Source: Clostridia bacterium (GTDB lineage Bacteria; Bacillota; Clostridia; Oscillospirales; CAG-272). From it: a stretch of DNA of 64,000 bases. This document shows positions 1-8,861 of this stretch, in pieces. The stretch lies in contig JAFTIH010000027.1 in assembly GCA_017456985.1 (NCBI GenBank), positions 1,575 to 65,574 of the forward strand, read 5' to 3'. Each line of letters starts with the position of its first letter. Position 1 is the stretch's first letter. The translations under genes and the position numbers were made by a program. The notes under the pieces were generated by a model that was not told the origin of the DNA, ran no database searches, and worked only from the letters and a program-made list of their open reading frames with translations.

Positions 1-2
1 TG

Positions 3-206
3 GGTGCTTTCGTGCTGACAGCAGAGAGCGCGGTGCGCTTCCTTGATGACTACCTCGTGGGCGACACCTATTTCAAATGCCTGTACGAGGGACACAATCT
101 CGTGCGCACCCGTTGCCAGCTCGTGCTTGCAAAGGATATTCTTGCTCATATGGACGAAATGAACGAAACGGTGGCGCGCATCGCGGCACAGGTCGCAAAA
201 AAATAA
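3..206 (+). CDS. C-terminal fragment of an unidentified protein; the gene begins upstream of the window
   Basis: The reading frame is open from the window edge to TAA at 204-206. I recognise no family from the 67 visible residues. Confidence 0.35.
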   Translation, partial: GAFVLTAESAVRFLDDYLVGDTYFKCLYEGHNLVRTRCQLVLAKDILAHMDEMNETVARIAAQVAKK

Positions 207-237
207 GAAAAAATATAAAAAAATCCCCCCAAACCCC

Positions 238-266
238 TTGACAAAAGGAAAAAGGGATGCTATAAT
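238..266 (+). promoter_or_regulatory. Sigma-70-type promoter for T-box leader 1
   Basis: TTGACA (238-243), a 17 nt spacer, then TATAAT (261-266), immediately upstream of the T-box leader. Confidence 0.6.
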
Positions 267-282
267 TTCTACATAATTTTAA

Positions 283-547
283 AGGCTGTGACGAAGACGG
301 ACGCGGCAAAAGCCTCCCCCAGAGAGTCGGTGACGGTGGAAATCCGACGGTGTGCGTGCCGAATGTCTTATCCCTTCCGAGCTGAGAGTCTGAAAGCGTG
401 CGCAAGTAAGGTTCTCCGTATGGCTGCGTAAAAGCACAGAGCTTGTTAGAGCTCATAAAGTGGCGCTACGGCGCAATTTGAGTGGTACCGCGGATAGTTT
501 TTTATGATCCGTCTCAAAGAAATCTTTGGGACGGATCTTTTGTTTTT
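283..547 (+). promoter_or_regulatory. T-box riboswitch leader 1 (tRNA-sensing transcription attenuator)
   Basis: K-turn-like GUGACGAAG at the Stem I base. AGAGAG box plus a GGUGGAAAU distal region. Conserved T-box sequence AATTTGAGTGGTACCGCGG at 475-493. Intrinsic terminator GATCCGTCTC...GGGACGGATC plus a T-run at 506-547, whose 5' arm can instead pair with GCGGAT of the T-box to form an antiterminator. Confidence 0.85.
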
Positions 548-580
548 CATTAAAACACTTTTGAAAGGAGAAAACACAAA

Positions 581-2845
581 ATGAAGGACACGAAAAATTC
601 TTTGATGGAGGTTGCCGCCCGCATTCGCGACCTGCGTGAAATTCTTGGGTTTTCGACTGCACAAATGGCGGAAAAAACGGACGTAGAGGAGGCAAAATAC
701 CTGCTTTATGAAGAGGGAGGCGTGGATCTTCCCTTTACGTTCATTCATAAATGCGCTCTCGCCTTCGGCGTAGAGATGAGCGACTTGCTTGAGGGACGCA
801 GCGCAAAGCTTTCCTCTTACACCGTGACGCGTCGGGGCAAGGGACAGCTGACGGCGAAGGAGGACGGCATCGAGATCTCCCATCTCGCCCCCAACTTCCG
901 CGGCAAGATCGCGGAGCCCTACTACGTGCGCTACGAGTATTCGGAGGCGCTGCAAAACAAGCCGATCCATTTGACCACGCACGGCGGTCAGGAGTTTGAC
1001 CTTGTCATCTCGGGCTCGCTCAAGGTGCAGGTCGGTGAGCACACCGTCGTGCTTGAAGAGGGCGACAGCATCTATTACGAGAGCGGCACCCCCCACGGTA
1101 TGATCGCCGTTGGCGGCAAGGAGTGCATATTCTGCGCCGTCGTGCTTCCCGGAGAAGACGAGGCGGACGAGGAAAAGCTCGTCGAGAGCATCGCCGCATC
1201 GGGCAAGCGGGAGAAGTTGCTGATCAGCAATTTCATCAAATGCACCGAGGATGAGCGCGGCGTTTTGACGGATATCGCCTTTGAGAACGAAGAAAAATAC
1301 AACTTTGCCTTTGATACGGTGGACGCCCTTGCCGACAAGTATCCCGACAAGCTCGCGATGCTTCACCTGGATGCGAACAAGGTCGAGCGCCGCTTCACCT
1401 TCCGTGACCTCAAGCGTGAGAGCGCCCGTGCCGCCAACTACTTTAAATCTCTTGGCATCGGCAAGGGCGACCGCGTGATGCTGGTCTTAAAGCGTCACTA
1501 TCAGTTCTGGTTCGCGATCCTCGGTCTGCACAAGCTGGGCGCCGTAGCGATCCCCGCGACCAATCAGCTCAAAGCCCACGACTTCGCCTACCGCTTCGGC
1601 GCCGCCGACGTCAAGGCGATCCTTTGCACCGCGACGGATAAGACCTCGTGTGAGGTCGATCTTGCGGCGGCAGAGTCCCCCTCGCTCACGACCAAGATCC
1701 TCGTGGGCGGCTCGCGTGAGGGCTGGCACGATTTCGACGAGGAGTATGCACTCTTCAGCACGCATTTCCACCGCACCGAGGACACCGCTTGCGGTTCCGA
1801 CCCGATGCTTATGTTCTTTACCTCGGGCACGACGGGCTACCCCAAGATCGCGGCACACAGCTTTAAGTATGCGCTCGGTCATTTTCCCACGGCGCGCTAT
1901 TGGCACGACGTCCGTCCTACCGACTTGCACTTAACCATCTCCGAAACGGGCTGGGGCAAGGCACTTTGGGGCAAGCTCTACGGTCAGTGGATGGCAGAGG
2001 GCGCGGTCTTTACCTACGACTTCGATCGCTTCCATGCCGCCGATATCCTGCCCCTCTTTGCAAAATACCGCATCACCACCTTCTGCGCACCTCCCACGAT
2101 GTACCGTATGCTCATCAAGGAGGATCTTTCGGGATACGATCTTTCCTCTATCCGCCACGCAACGACGGCGGGCGAGGCACTCAACCCCGAGGTCTTTACG
2201 CAGTTTAAGAAGGCGACGGGACTTTCCATTATGGAGGGCTTCGGACAGACCGAGACCACGCTGACCATCGGTAATATGGCAGGCACGACACCCCGCTCGG
2301 GCTCGATGGGTAAGGCGATGCCGCTTTACGATATCGACGTCGTGGATGCGGACGGCAACAGCGTTGGCATCGGTGAAAACGGCGAGATCGTCGTGCGCAC
2401 CGACAAGAGTGTCCCTTGCGGACTTTTCCTTGGTTATTACAAGGATGAGGAGCGCACGAAGGAGGTCTGGCACGACGGGATGTACCATACGGGCGACGTG
2501 GCGTGGCGTGACGAGGACGGCTACTTCTATTACGTGAGCCGTATCGACGACGTCATCAAGTCCTCGGGCTACCGCATCGGTCCGTTTGAGATCGAAAACG
2601 TGATCATGGAGCTTCCTTACGTTCTTGAATGCGGCGTTTCCGCCGCGCCCGACGAGGTGCGCGGTCAGGTCGTCAAGGCGTCGATCGTCTTGACCAAGGG
2701 AACCGAGCCGAGCGAGGAGCTGAAGAAGGAGATCCAAGAGTACGTCAAAACGCACACCGCTCCCTACAAATATCCCAGAATCGTGGTGTTCCGCGACGAG
2801 CTCCCCAAGACCATCAGCGGCAAGATCATTCATAGCAAGCTGTAA
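581..2845 (+). CDS. Fusion protein: N-terminal XRE-type HTH plus cupin domain, C-terminal AMP-forming short/medium-chain acyl-CoA synthetase
   Basis: SD GAAAGGAG upstream. Residues 1-70 have an HTH_3-like pattern (LREILGFSTAQMAEKT). Residues ~90-190 are cupin-like (GGQEFDLVISG...GDSIYYESGTPHG). The remainder carries adenylate-forming enzyme motifs: FFTSGTTGYPK, GYYKDEE, YHTGD, SSGYRIGPFEIE and a C-terminal PKTISGKI. Confidence 0.85.
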   Translation: MKDTKNSLMEVAARIRDLREILGFSTAQMAEKTDVEEAKYLLYEEGGVDLPFTFIHKCALAFGVEMSDLLEGRSAKLSSYTVTRRGKGQLTAKEDGIEISHLAPNFRGKIAEPYYVRYEYSEALQNKPIHLTTHGGQEFDLVISGSLKVQVGEHTVVLEEGDSIYYESGTPHGMIAVGGKECIFCAVVLPGEDEADEEKLVESIAASGKREKLLISNFIKCTEDERGVLTDIAFENEEKYNFAFDTVDALADKYPDKLAMLHLDANKVERRFTFRDLKRESARAANYFKSLGIGKGDRVMLVLKRHYQFWFAILGLHKLGAVAIPATNQLKAHDFAYRFGAADVKAILCTATDKTSCEVDLAAAESPSLTTKILVGGSREGWHDFDEEYALFSTHFHRTEDTACGSDPMLMFFTSGTTGYPKIAAHSFKYALGHFPTARYWHDVRPTDLHLTISETGWGKALWGKLYGQWMAEGAVFTYDFDRFHAADILPLFAKYRITTFCAPPTMYRMLIKEDLSGYDLSSIRHATTAGEALNPEVFTQFKKATGLSIMEGFGQTETTLTIGNMAGTTPRSGSMGKAMPLYDIDVVDADGNSVGIGENGEIVVRTDKSVPCGLFLGYYKDEERTKEVWHDGMYHTGDVAWRDEDGYFYYVSRIDDVIKSSGYRIGPFEIENVIMELPYVLECGVSAAPDEVRGQVVKASIVLTKGTEPSEELKKEIQEYVKTHTAPYKYPRIVVFRDELPKTISGKIIHSKL

Positions 2846-2894
2846 GAGCTCCTAATATTACTATAATATTAAAGAAGAAAATTTAAAAAAACAC

Positions 2895-2923
2895 TTGACA
2901 AATACCGAAAGACTTGCTATACT
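2895..2923 (+). promoter_or_regulatory. Sigma-70-type promoter for T-box leader 2
   Basis: TTGACA (2895-2900), a 17 nt spacer, then TATACT (2918-2923). Confidence 0.55.
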
Positions 2924-2934
2924 GTTACCATAAA

Positions 2935-3216
2935 AGAATAAAAGGCGATGACGAAGAGGGCTGAGCAAACGGCGCCATCAGAGAACCGACGGTTGGTGCG
3001 AGTCGGCGGTGACGTGCTTTCGCTTGTAGCTTCCGAGCCGAGAGGAAGAAAGCGAAAGCCGTAGAACCTCTCCGTGATTGCTGCGTAAAGGCATAGGACT
3101 TATAGGAGTCCGAGAGTGGCGCCGTCATTGGCGCAATTTGAGTGGTACCGCGGGATATAAGAAATTATAGCTCGTCTCAAAGTATTTTATGTCTTTGAGG
3201 CGGGCTTTTGTTTTAT
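2935..3216 (+). promoter_or_regulatory. T-box riboswitch leader 2
   Basis: GAUGACGAAG K-turn region and an AGAGA box. The T-box sequence AATTTGAGTGGTACCGCGG (3135-3153) is identical to that of leader 1. Terminator AGCTCGTCTCAAAG...CTTTGAGGCGGGCT plus a T-run at 3169-3216. Confidence 0.85.
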
Positions 3217-3246
3217 TCTTTTTCCCCCTCGGAAAACGGAGGAACT

Positions 3247-5547
3247 ATGAACGATCAGATCAAGAGCCTTGATGCGAAGATCAAGGAAATGGCTGCCCGT
3301 ATTCGCGAGCTTCGCGAGATCGAACAGCTCACCGTGCGTGAGATGGCGAGAAAAACGGGTGTCAGCGAAGCCGAGTACACGGCTTGTGAGCGCGGAGAGA
3401 GCGACTTAAACTTCGCGTTTATCTACCGTTGCGCACAGGCGTTCAACGTGGACGTTACGGATATTATTGAGGGTACGAGCCCCCGCCTTGCCGCCTACAC
3501 CGTCACCCGCGCGGGTGAGGGTCAGCGTATCGAGCAGGCGCACGGTATGGTGTATTATAACCTTGCCTCGGCATTCCGTAACCGTATTGCCGAGCCCCTT
3601 CTCGTACACGCCGCATACAGCGCCGAGGCAGAGGCAAAGCCCATTGAAGTCACCACGCACGACGGTCAGGAGTGCGATATCGTGCTCACGGGCTCGCTTT
3701 GCGTCCAGGTGGGCAACCACAAGGTCGTGCTTCACGCGGGCGACAGCATTTATTACGATAGTAGTACCCCTCACGGTATGATTGCGACGGGCGGCAAGGA
3801 CTGCACCTTCTACGCGATGGTGCTGAACCCCTCGGGCGAGCCCATCCCCGAGCTTGAGCCCACCAAGACCGTACAGGAAACGGTGCGCCGCAAGGAAACG
3901 GTCACCGAGGACGGTCCCCGCGTCTATGAGAAGTGGGTGGATACCGAGGAGGACGAGCGCGGCGTGCTTCGCAAGATCTCCTTCAAAAACGAAAACGAGT
4001 TCAACTTCGCCTTTGACGTGGTGGACGCGCTTGCCGCAAGCAAGCCCGATAAGCTCGCGATGCTGCACCTCGACAAAAACAAGACCGAGCGCCGCTTTAC
4101 CTTCCGCGACATCAGCCGCGCGTCCAATCAGTGCGCCAACTACTTTAAGTCGCTGGGCATTGAGCGGGGCGACCGCGTGATGCTGGTCTTGAAGCGTCAT
4201 TATCAGTTCTGGTTCGCCGCGATCGCCTTACATAAGCTGGGCGCGGTGATGATCCCCGCAACCAACCAGCTCAAAGCGAAGGACTTTGCGTACCGCTTTG
4301 AGGCGGCGGGTGTCAATACCATCGTATGCACCGCAGACGACGGCACGGTGGATGAGGCAGAGATCGCTTGTGCAAGCTCTCCCTCCATCAAGAACAAGCT
4401 CATCGTCGGCGGCAAAAAAGAGGGCTGGCGCGATTTCGACGAGGAATATACCCTTTACAGCTCTCATTATACCAAGCCCGAAAACGCCCCCTGCGGCGAG
4501 GATCTGATGTTAATGTTCTTCACCTCGGGCACGACGGGCTACCCCAAGATCGCGGCGCATAACTACAAGTACGCGCTCGGTCACTTCTTAACCGCAAAAT
4601 ACTGGCACGGCGTCAACCCGAGCGGCTTGCACTTGACCATCTCGGATACGGGCTGGGCAAAGGCGCTGTGGGGCAAGCTCTACGGTCAGTGGATGGCTGA
4701 GGGTGCGACCTTCGTGTACGACTTTGATCGCTTCCACGCCGCAGATATTCTGCCCCTGTTCGCCAAGTACCATATCACCACCTTCTGCGCACCTCCCACG
4801 ATGTACCGTATGCTCATCAAGGAGGACCTGACGCGCTACGATATGTCCTCGGTCGAGCGTGCGACCATCGCGGGCGAGGCACTCAACCCCGAGGTCTTCC
4901 GTCAGCTTGAAAAGCTCACGGGTCTTAAAATTATGGAGGGCTTCGGTCAGTCCGAGGGCACGCTTATGATCGGTAATTTGCGCGGTGACTCCTACAAGAT
5001 CGGCGCGATGGGTAAGCCCGTACCCCTTTACGACGTGGATATCGTGGATCCCGACGGTAAGAGCGTTGGCATCGGTGAATCGGGCGAGATCGTCGTCCAC
5101 ACCGAAAACGGCGCCCCTTGCGGTCTGTTTACGGGCTACTACCGCGACGAGGAAAAGACGCGCGAGGCTTGGCACGACGGAATGTATCACACGGGTGACG
5201 TGGCGTGGCGCGATGAGGACGGCTTCTATTGGTACGTCGGACGCATCGACGACGTGATCAAGTCCTCGGGCTACCGCATCGGTCCGTTTGAGATCGAGAA
5301 CGTCATTATGGAGCTTCCTTACGTGCTTGAGTGCGGCGTTTCCGCCGCTCCCGACCCCGTGCGCGGACAGGTCGTGAAGGCGTCCATCGTCTTGACCAAG
5401 GGAACCGAGCCGAGTGACGACCTCAAAAAGGAAATTCAGGACTACGTCAAGCAAAAGACGGCGCCCTACAAGTACCCCCGTATCGTCGTGTTCCGTGAGG
5501 AGCTTCCCAAGACGACGAGCGGCAAGATCATTCGCAATAAGCTGTAA
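3247..5547 (+). CDS. Paralogous fusion protein: XRE HTH plus cupin plus AMP-forming acyl-CoA synthetase
   Basis: Same architecture and motifs as 581-2845 (FFTSGTTGYPK, YHTGD, SSGYRIGPFEIE, PKTTSGKI). I chose ATG 3247 (SD ACGGAGGA) over the track start at 3208, because 3208 lies inside the T-box terminator. Confidence 0.85.
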   Translation: MNDQIKSLDAKIKEMAARIRELREIEQLTVREMARKTGVSEAEYTACERGESDLNFAFIYRCAQAFNVDVTDIIEGTSPRLAAYTVTRAGEGQRIEQAHGMVYYNLASAFRNRIAEPLLVHAAYSAEAEAKPIEVTTHDGQECDIVLTGSLCVQVGNHKVVLHAGDSIYYDSSTPHGMIATGGKDCTFYAMVLNPSGEPIPELEPTKTVQETVRRKETVTEDGPRVYEKWVDTEEDERGVLRKISFKNENEFNFAFDVVDALAASKPDKLAMLHLDKNKTERRFTFRDISRASNQCANYFKSLGIERGDRVMLVLKRHYQFWFAAIALHKLGAVMIPATNQLKAKDFAYRFEAAGVNTIVCTADDGTVDEAEIACASSPSIKNKLIVGGKKEGWRDFDEEYTLYSSHYTKPENAPCGEDLMLMFFTSGTTGYPKIAAHNYKYALGHFLTAKYWHGVNPSGLHLTISDTGWAKALWGKLYGQWMAEGATFVYDFDRFHAADILPLFAKYHITTFCAPPTMYRMLIKEDLTRYDMSSVERATIAGEALNPEVFRQLEKLTGLKIMEGFGQSEGTLMIGNLRGDSYKIGAMGKPVPLYDVDIVDPDGKSVGIGESGEIVVHTENGAPCGLFTGYYRDEEKTREAWHDGMYHTGDVAWRDEDGFYWYVGRIDDVIKSSGYRIGPFEIENVIMELPYVLECGVSAAPDPVRGQVVKASIVLTKGTEPSDDLKKEIQDYVKQKTAPYKYPRIVVFREELPKTTSGKIIRNKL

Positions 5548-5550
5548 GAT

Positions 5551-6207
5551 ATGAAAATGAATCCAAAACGCGTGACCCTCTTTGCAGGGCATTACGGAAG
5601 CGGAAAAACGAATATCGCGGTCAACTACGCCCTAAAAATGGCAGAGGCGGGGCTTCCCGTCACCATTGCGGACCTTGATATCGTCAATCCCTATTTCCGC
5701 ACCAAGGACAGCGCAGAGGACCTCGCCCGTGCGGGCGTCGCGCTGATCTCCTCGGCATACGCCAACACCAACGTGGACCTGCCCGCGTTGCCTGCGGAGC
5801 TGTACGCTCTGACGCAGAACCGCGACCGCTACGCCGTGCTTGACGTGGGCGGCGACGACCGCGGCGCACTGGCACTGGGCAGGTATACCCCCGCCATCCT
5901 CGAGGAAGGGAACTACGAGATGATCTTCGTTGCGAACTTCTATCGTCCTTTGACCCCGACGGCAGAGGATGCTATTGAGGTGATGCGGGAGATCGAGACG
6001 GCAGGAGGGATCCCCTTTACCGCCATCGTACACAATTCAAATCTCGGAGAAGAAACGACCGCACAGGATATTCTCGCCAAGGAGGCGGAGGCAGGGCGCC
6101 TATCGGCGCTCACGGGGCTTCCCATCCTCTTTACGGCGGCACCCGTATCCTTGGCGCCCTCGCTCTCTGAGAGCTTTCCCCTCGTATTACAGAAGAAAAT
6201 AACATAA
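5551..6207 (+). CDS. P-loop NTPase of unknown role (Walker A GHYGSGKT)
   Basis: N-terminal Walker A motif GxxGxGKT. Hydrophobic strand plus Asp (VLDVGGDD), consistent with Walker B. It starts 4 nt after the stop of the preceding synthetase gene. Confidence 0.5.
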   Translation: MKMNPKRVTLFAGHYGSGKTNIAVNYALKMAEAGLPVTIADLDIVNPYFRTKDSAEDLARAGVALISSAYANTNVDLPALPAELYALTQNRDRYAVLDVGGDDRGALALGRYTPAILEEGNYEMIFVANFYRPLTPTAEDAIEVMREIETAGGIPFTAIVHNSNLGEETTAQDILAKEAEAGRLSALTGLPILFTAAPVSLAPSLSESFPLVLQKKIT

Positions 6208-6223
6208 AAGGACGGACAAAAAA

Positions 6224-6430
6224 ATGGCAAAAGTGACATTTGACACCGACCTTTGCAAGGGCTGCGGACTTTGTGTGAACGCCTGCCCCAAGAAGATCCT
6301 CGTGATCGCAAAGGACAAGATCAACAAGAAAGGACATTCTCCTGCCGAGATGACGGACGAGAGCAAGTGCATTGGCTGCGCATTCTGCGCGACGATGTGT
6401 CCCGACTGCGTCATCCGCGTAGAGAAATAA
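6224..6430 (+). CDS. 2x[4Fe-4S] ferredoxin-type delta subunit of 2-oxoacid:ferredoxin oxidoreductase
   Basis: Two CxxCxxCxxxCP motifs (CKGCGLCVNACP and CIGCAFCATMCP) in 68 aa, directly upstream of the alpha subunit. Confidence 0.85.
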   Translation: MAKVTFDTDLCKGCGLCVNACPKKILVIAKDKINKKGHSPAEMTDESKCIGCAFCATMCPDCVIRVEK

Positions 6431-6440
6431 GGAGGCACAT

Positions 6441-7499
6441 ATGGCAAACAAGGTACTTATGAAGGGTAACGAGGCAATTGCCGAGGCGGCGATCCTTGCG
6501 GGATGCCGTCATTACTTCGGTTACCCCATCACCCCTCAAACGGAGATCGCCGCGTATATGGCAAAGCGTATGCCCAAGATCGGCGGCGTGTTCCTTCAGG
6601 CGGAGAGTGAGGTCTCCGCGATCAATATGGTTTACGGCGTTGCAGGCGCAGGCTTCCGCGTGATGACCTCCTCCTCCAGCCCCGGAATTTCCCTCAAGGC
6701 AGAGGGTATCTCCTATATCGCAGGCAGCGACCTTCCCGCGCTCATCGTCAACGTACAGCGCGGCGGCCCCGGTCTTGGCGGCATCCAGCCCTCCCAGTCG
6801 GACTATTTCCAGGCAACGCGCGGTGGCGGTCACGGTGACTACCATCTGCTCGTTTACGCTCCCGCCTCCGTGCAGGAGATGGCTGACCTGACCGTTCTCG
6901 GCTTTGAGAAGGCAGACGAATACCGTATGCCCGCGATGATCCTTGCCGACGGTACGATGGGTCAGATGATGGAGCCCGTGGAGCTTCCCTCGGGCGAAAG
7001 CAAGACCTTTGAAAAGCCCTGGGCGCTCAGCGGCACCAAGTGCGAGCGTCCCCACAACGTCGTCAACTCTCTCTACCTCAAGCCCGAAAAGCTCGAGGAG
7101 GTCAACTTTGCACGCTACGAGCGTTACCGCAAGATCGAAGAGACCGAAACGATGTACGAGTCCTACTTGATGGAGGACGCAGAATATTGCGTGGTTGCCT
7201 TCGGTATTGCCGCACGCGTGGCAAAGAACGCCGTCATCGCGGCACGTGCCAAGGGCATCCGCGTGGGTATGATCCGTCCGATCACCCTGTGGCCCTTCCC
7301 CAAGGCACCCCTTGCCGAGGCGGCAAAGACGGTCAAGGCGTTCCTCTCGGTCGAGCTCTCGATGGGTCAGATGATCGAGGACGTCGAGCTTGCGACCCGC
7401 TCGCAGAAGCCCGTTCTGCTTTGCAACCGCGCAGGCGGTATGATCCCCACGCCCGAAGAGGTGCTTGGTGCGATCGAGAATATGACGAAAGGAGTATAA
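6441..7499 (+). CDS. 2-oxoacid:ferredoxin oxidoreductase alpha subunit (VorB/KorA-like)
   Basis: N-terminus MKGNEAIAEAAILAGCRHYFGYPITPQTEI is typical of the OFOR alpha family. Operon position is between the delta and beta subunits. Confidence 0.85.
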   Translation: MANKVLMKGNEAIAEAAILAGCRHYFGYPITPQTEIAAYMAKRMPKIGGVFLQAESEVSAINMVYGVAGAGFRVMTSSSSPGISLKAEGISYIAGSDLPALIVNVQRGGPGLGGIQPSQSDYFQATRGGGHGDYHLLVYAPASVQEMADLTVLGFEKADEYRMPAMILADGTMGQMMEPVELPSGESKTFEKPWALSGTKCERPHNVVNSLYLKPEKLEEVNFARYERYRKIEETETMYESYLMEDAEYCVVAFGIAARVAKNAVIAARAKGIRVGMIRPITLWPFPKAPLAEAAKTVKAFLSVELSMGQMIEDVELATRSQKPVLLCNRAGGMIPTPEEVLGAIENMTKGV

Positions 7500-7502
7500 G
7501 CG

Positions 7503-8261
7503 ATGAGCGTTGTATTTGAAAAACCCAAATCTTTGGCAAACGTCCCCTTCCACTACTGCCCCGGATGCACGCACGGTATCATTCACCGTCTGGTTGCCGA
7601 GGCGATCGACGAGCTGGGCATTGAAGGCCGCGCCATCGGCGTTGCTCCCGTCGGCTGTGCCGTTATGGCATACGACTATTTTACCTGTGATATGATCGAG
7701 GCGGCACACGGCAGAGCCCCCGCCGTTGCGACGGGCATCAAGCGCGCGCGCCCCGAGAATATCGTCTTCACCTATCAGGGTGACGGCGACCTTGCCTCCA
7801 TCGGTATGGCGGAAACCGTACACGCGGCGGCAAGAAACGAGAACATCACCATCATCTTCGTCAACAACGCGATCTACGGTATGACGGGCGGTCAGATGGC
7901 ACCCACCTCGCTCCCCGGTCAGGTCACCCAGACCTCGCCCTACGGACGCGACGTCAAGCTGACGGGCTATCCCGTCAAGGTTGCCGAGCTGCTTTCCGCA
8001 CTCGACGGTCCTACCTATATTGAGCGCGTTGCCGTGAACAACGTCAAGAACGTGAAGGCGGCAAAGAAGGCGATCCTCAAGGCGTTCAAGAACCAGGTCG
8101 AGGGCCGTGGCTTCTCGCTCATCGAGGTCGTTTCCTCCTGCCCCACCAACTGGGGTATGACGCCCGAAAAGGCGCTCGAATGGGTTGACGAGAAGATGAT
8201 CCCCTATTATCCTCTCGGCGTATATCGCGATAAGACGGCAGAAACGGAGGAGAAGGCATGA
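7503..8261 (+). CDS. 2-oxoacid:ferredoxin oxidoreductase beta subunit (thiamine diphosphate-binding)
   Basis: Cys motif FHYCPGCTHG and TPP-binding GDGD...NNAIYGMTGGQ. Confidence 0.85.
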   Translation: MSVVFEKPKSLANVPFHYCPGCTHGIIHRLVAEAIDELGIEGRAIGVAPVGCAVMAYDYFTCDMIEAAHGRAPAVATGIKRARPENIVFTYQGDGDLASIGMAETVHAAARNENITIIFVNNAIYGMTGGQMAPTSLPGQVTQTSPYGRDVKLTGYPVKVAELLSALDGPTYIERVAVNNVKNVKAAKKAILKAFKNQVEGRGFSLIEVVSSCPTNWGMTPEKALEWVDEKMIPYYPLGVYRDKTAETEEKA

Positions 8262-8797
8262 AGACGACCAACCTTTTGATTGCAGGCTTCGGCGGACAGG
8301 GCGTCCTGTTCGCAGGTAAGTTCCTCGCTTACAAGGGACTCCTTGAGGGCAAGCAGCTCAGCTGGCTCCCCTCCTACGGTCCCGAAATGCGCGGCGGTAC
8401 GGCGAACTGCTCCGTCATCATCAGCGACGAGCCCGTCGGCTCTCCCATCGTGTCCAACCCCGACGTTCTGATGGTAATGAACCTGCCCTCGCTTGACAAA
8501 TACGAGGATGCGACCGTCGCAGGCGGCAAGATCTTCGTGGACTCCACGCTCATTGAGCGCAAGGTAGAGCGCACGGACGTGGATGCGTACTACATTCCCG
8601 CGACCCGTCTTGCCAAGGAAGCAGGCTTCCCCACGCTCGCCAATATGATCATGGTGGGCAAGCTCATCAAGGAAACGGGTATGGTGTCCTTTGATGGCAT
8701 CCGCGAGGCGCTCTCCAAGGTCGTTTCCGCAAAGCACGCCGATCTGCTTGAGATCAACCTCAAGGCGATCGAAACGGGCTACAACTACGCAGAATAA
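8258..8797 (+). CDS. 2-oxoacid:ferredoxin oxidoreductase gamma subunit
   Basis: GFGGQGVLFAGKFLA N-terminal motif of the OFOR gamma family. 4-nt overlap with the beta subunit gene. Confidence 0.8.
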   Translation: MKTTNLLIAGFGGQGVLFAGKFLAYKGLLEGKQLSWLPSYGPEMRGGTANCSVIISDEPVGSPIVSNPDVLMVMNLPSLDKYEDATVAGGKIFVDSTLIERKVERTDVDAYYIPATRLAKEAGFPTLANMIMVGKLIKETGMVSFDGIREALSKVVSAKHADLLEINLKAIETGYNYAE

Positions 8798-8861
8798 CCG
8801 AATCACTTTTCACTATGGATTTCCCCGCCTCGGTGCGGGATAAAGAAAGAAGGAAAAACAG

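Noticed and set aside
446-2833. Antisense ORFs (306 aa, 300 aa, 147 aa) opposite the first acyl-CoA synthetase gene.
   Set aside because: These are typical high-GC shadow frames. The translations are Arg/Ala/Gly/His-rich with no motifs, while the sense strand encodes a strongly conserved enzyme. The same reasoning applies to 3406-4200 and 4588-5592.
6411-7823. 470 aa antisense ORF across the OFOR alpha and beta genes.
   Set aside because: It is a shadow frame of well-supported sense genes and has no recognisable motifs.
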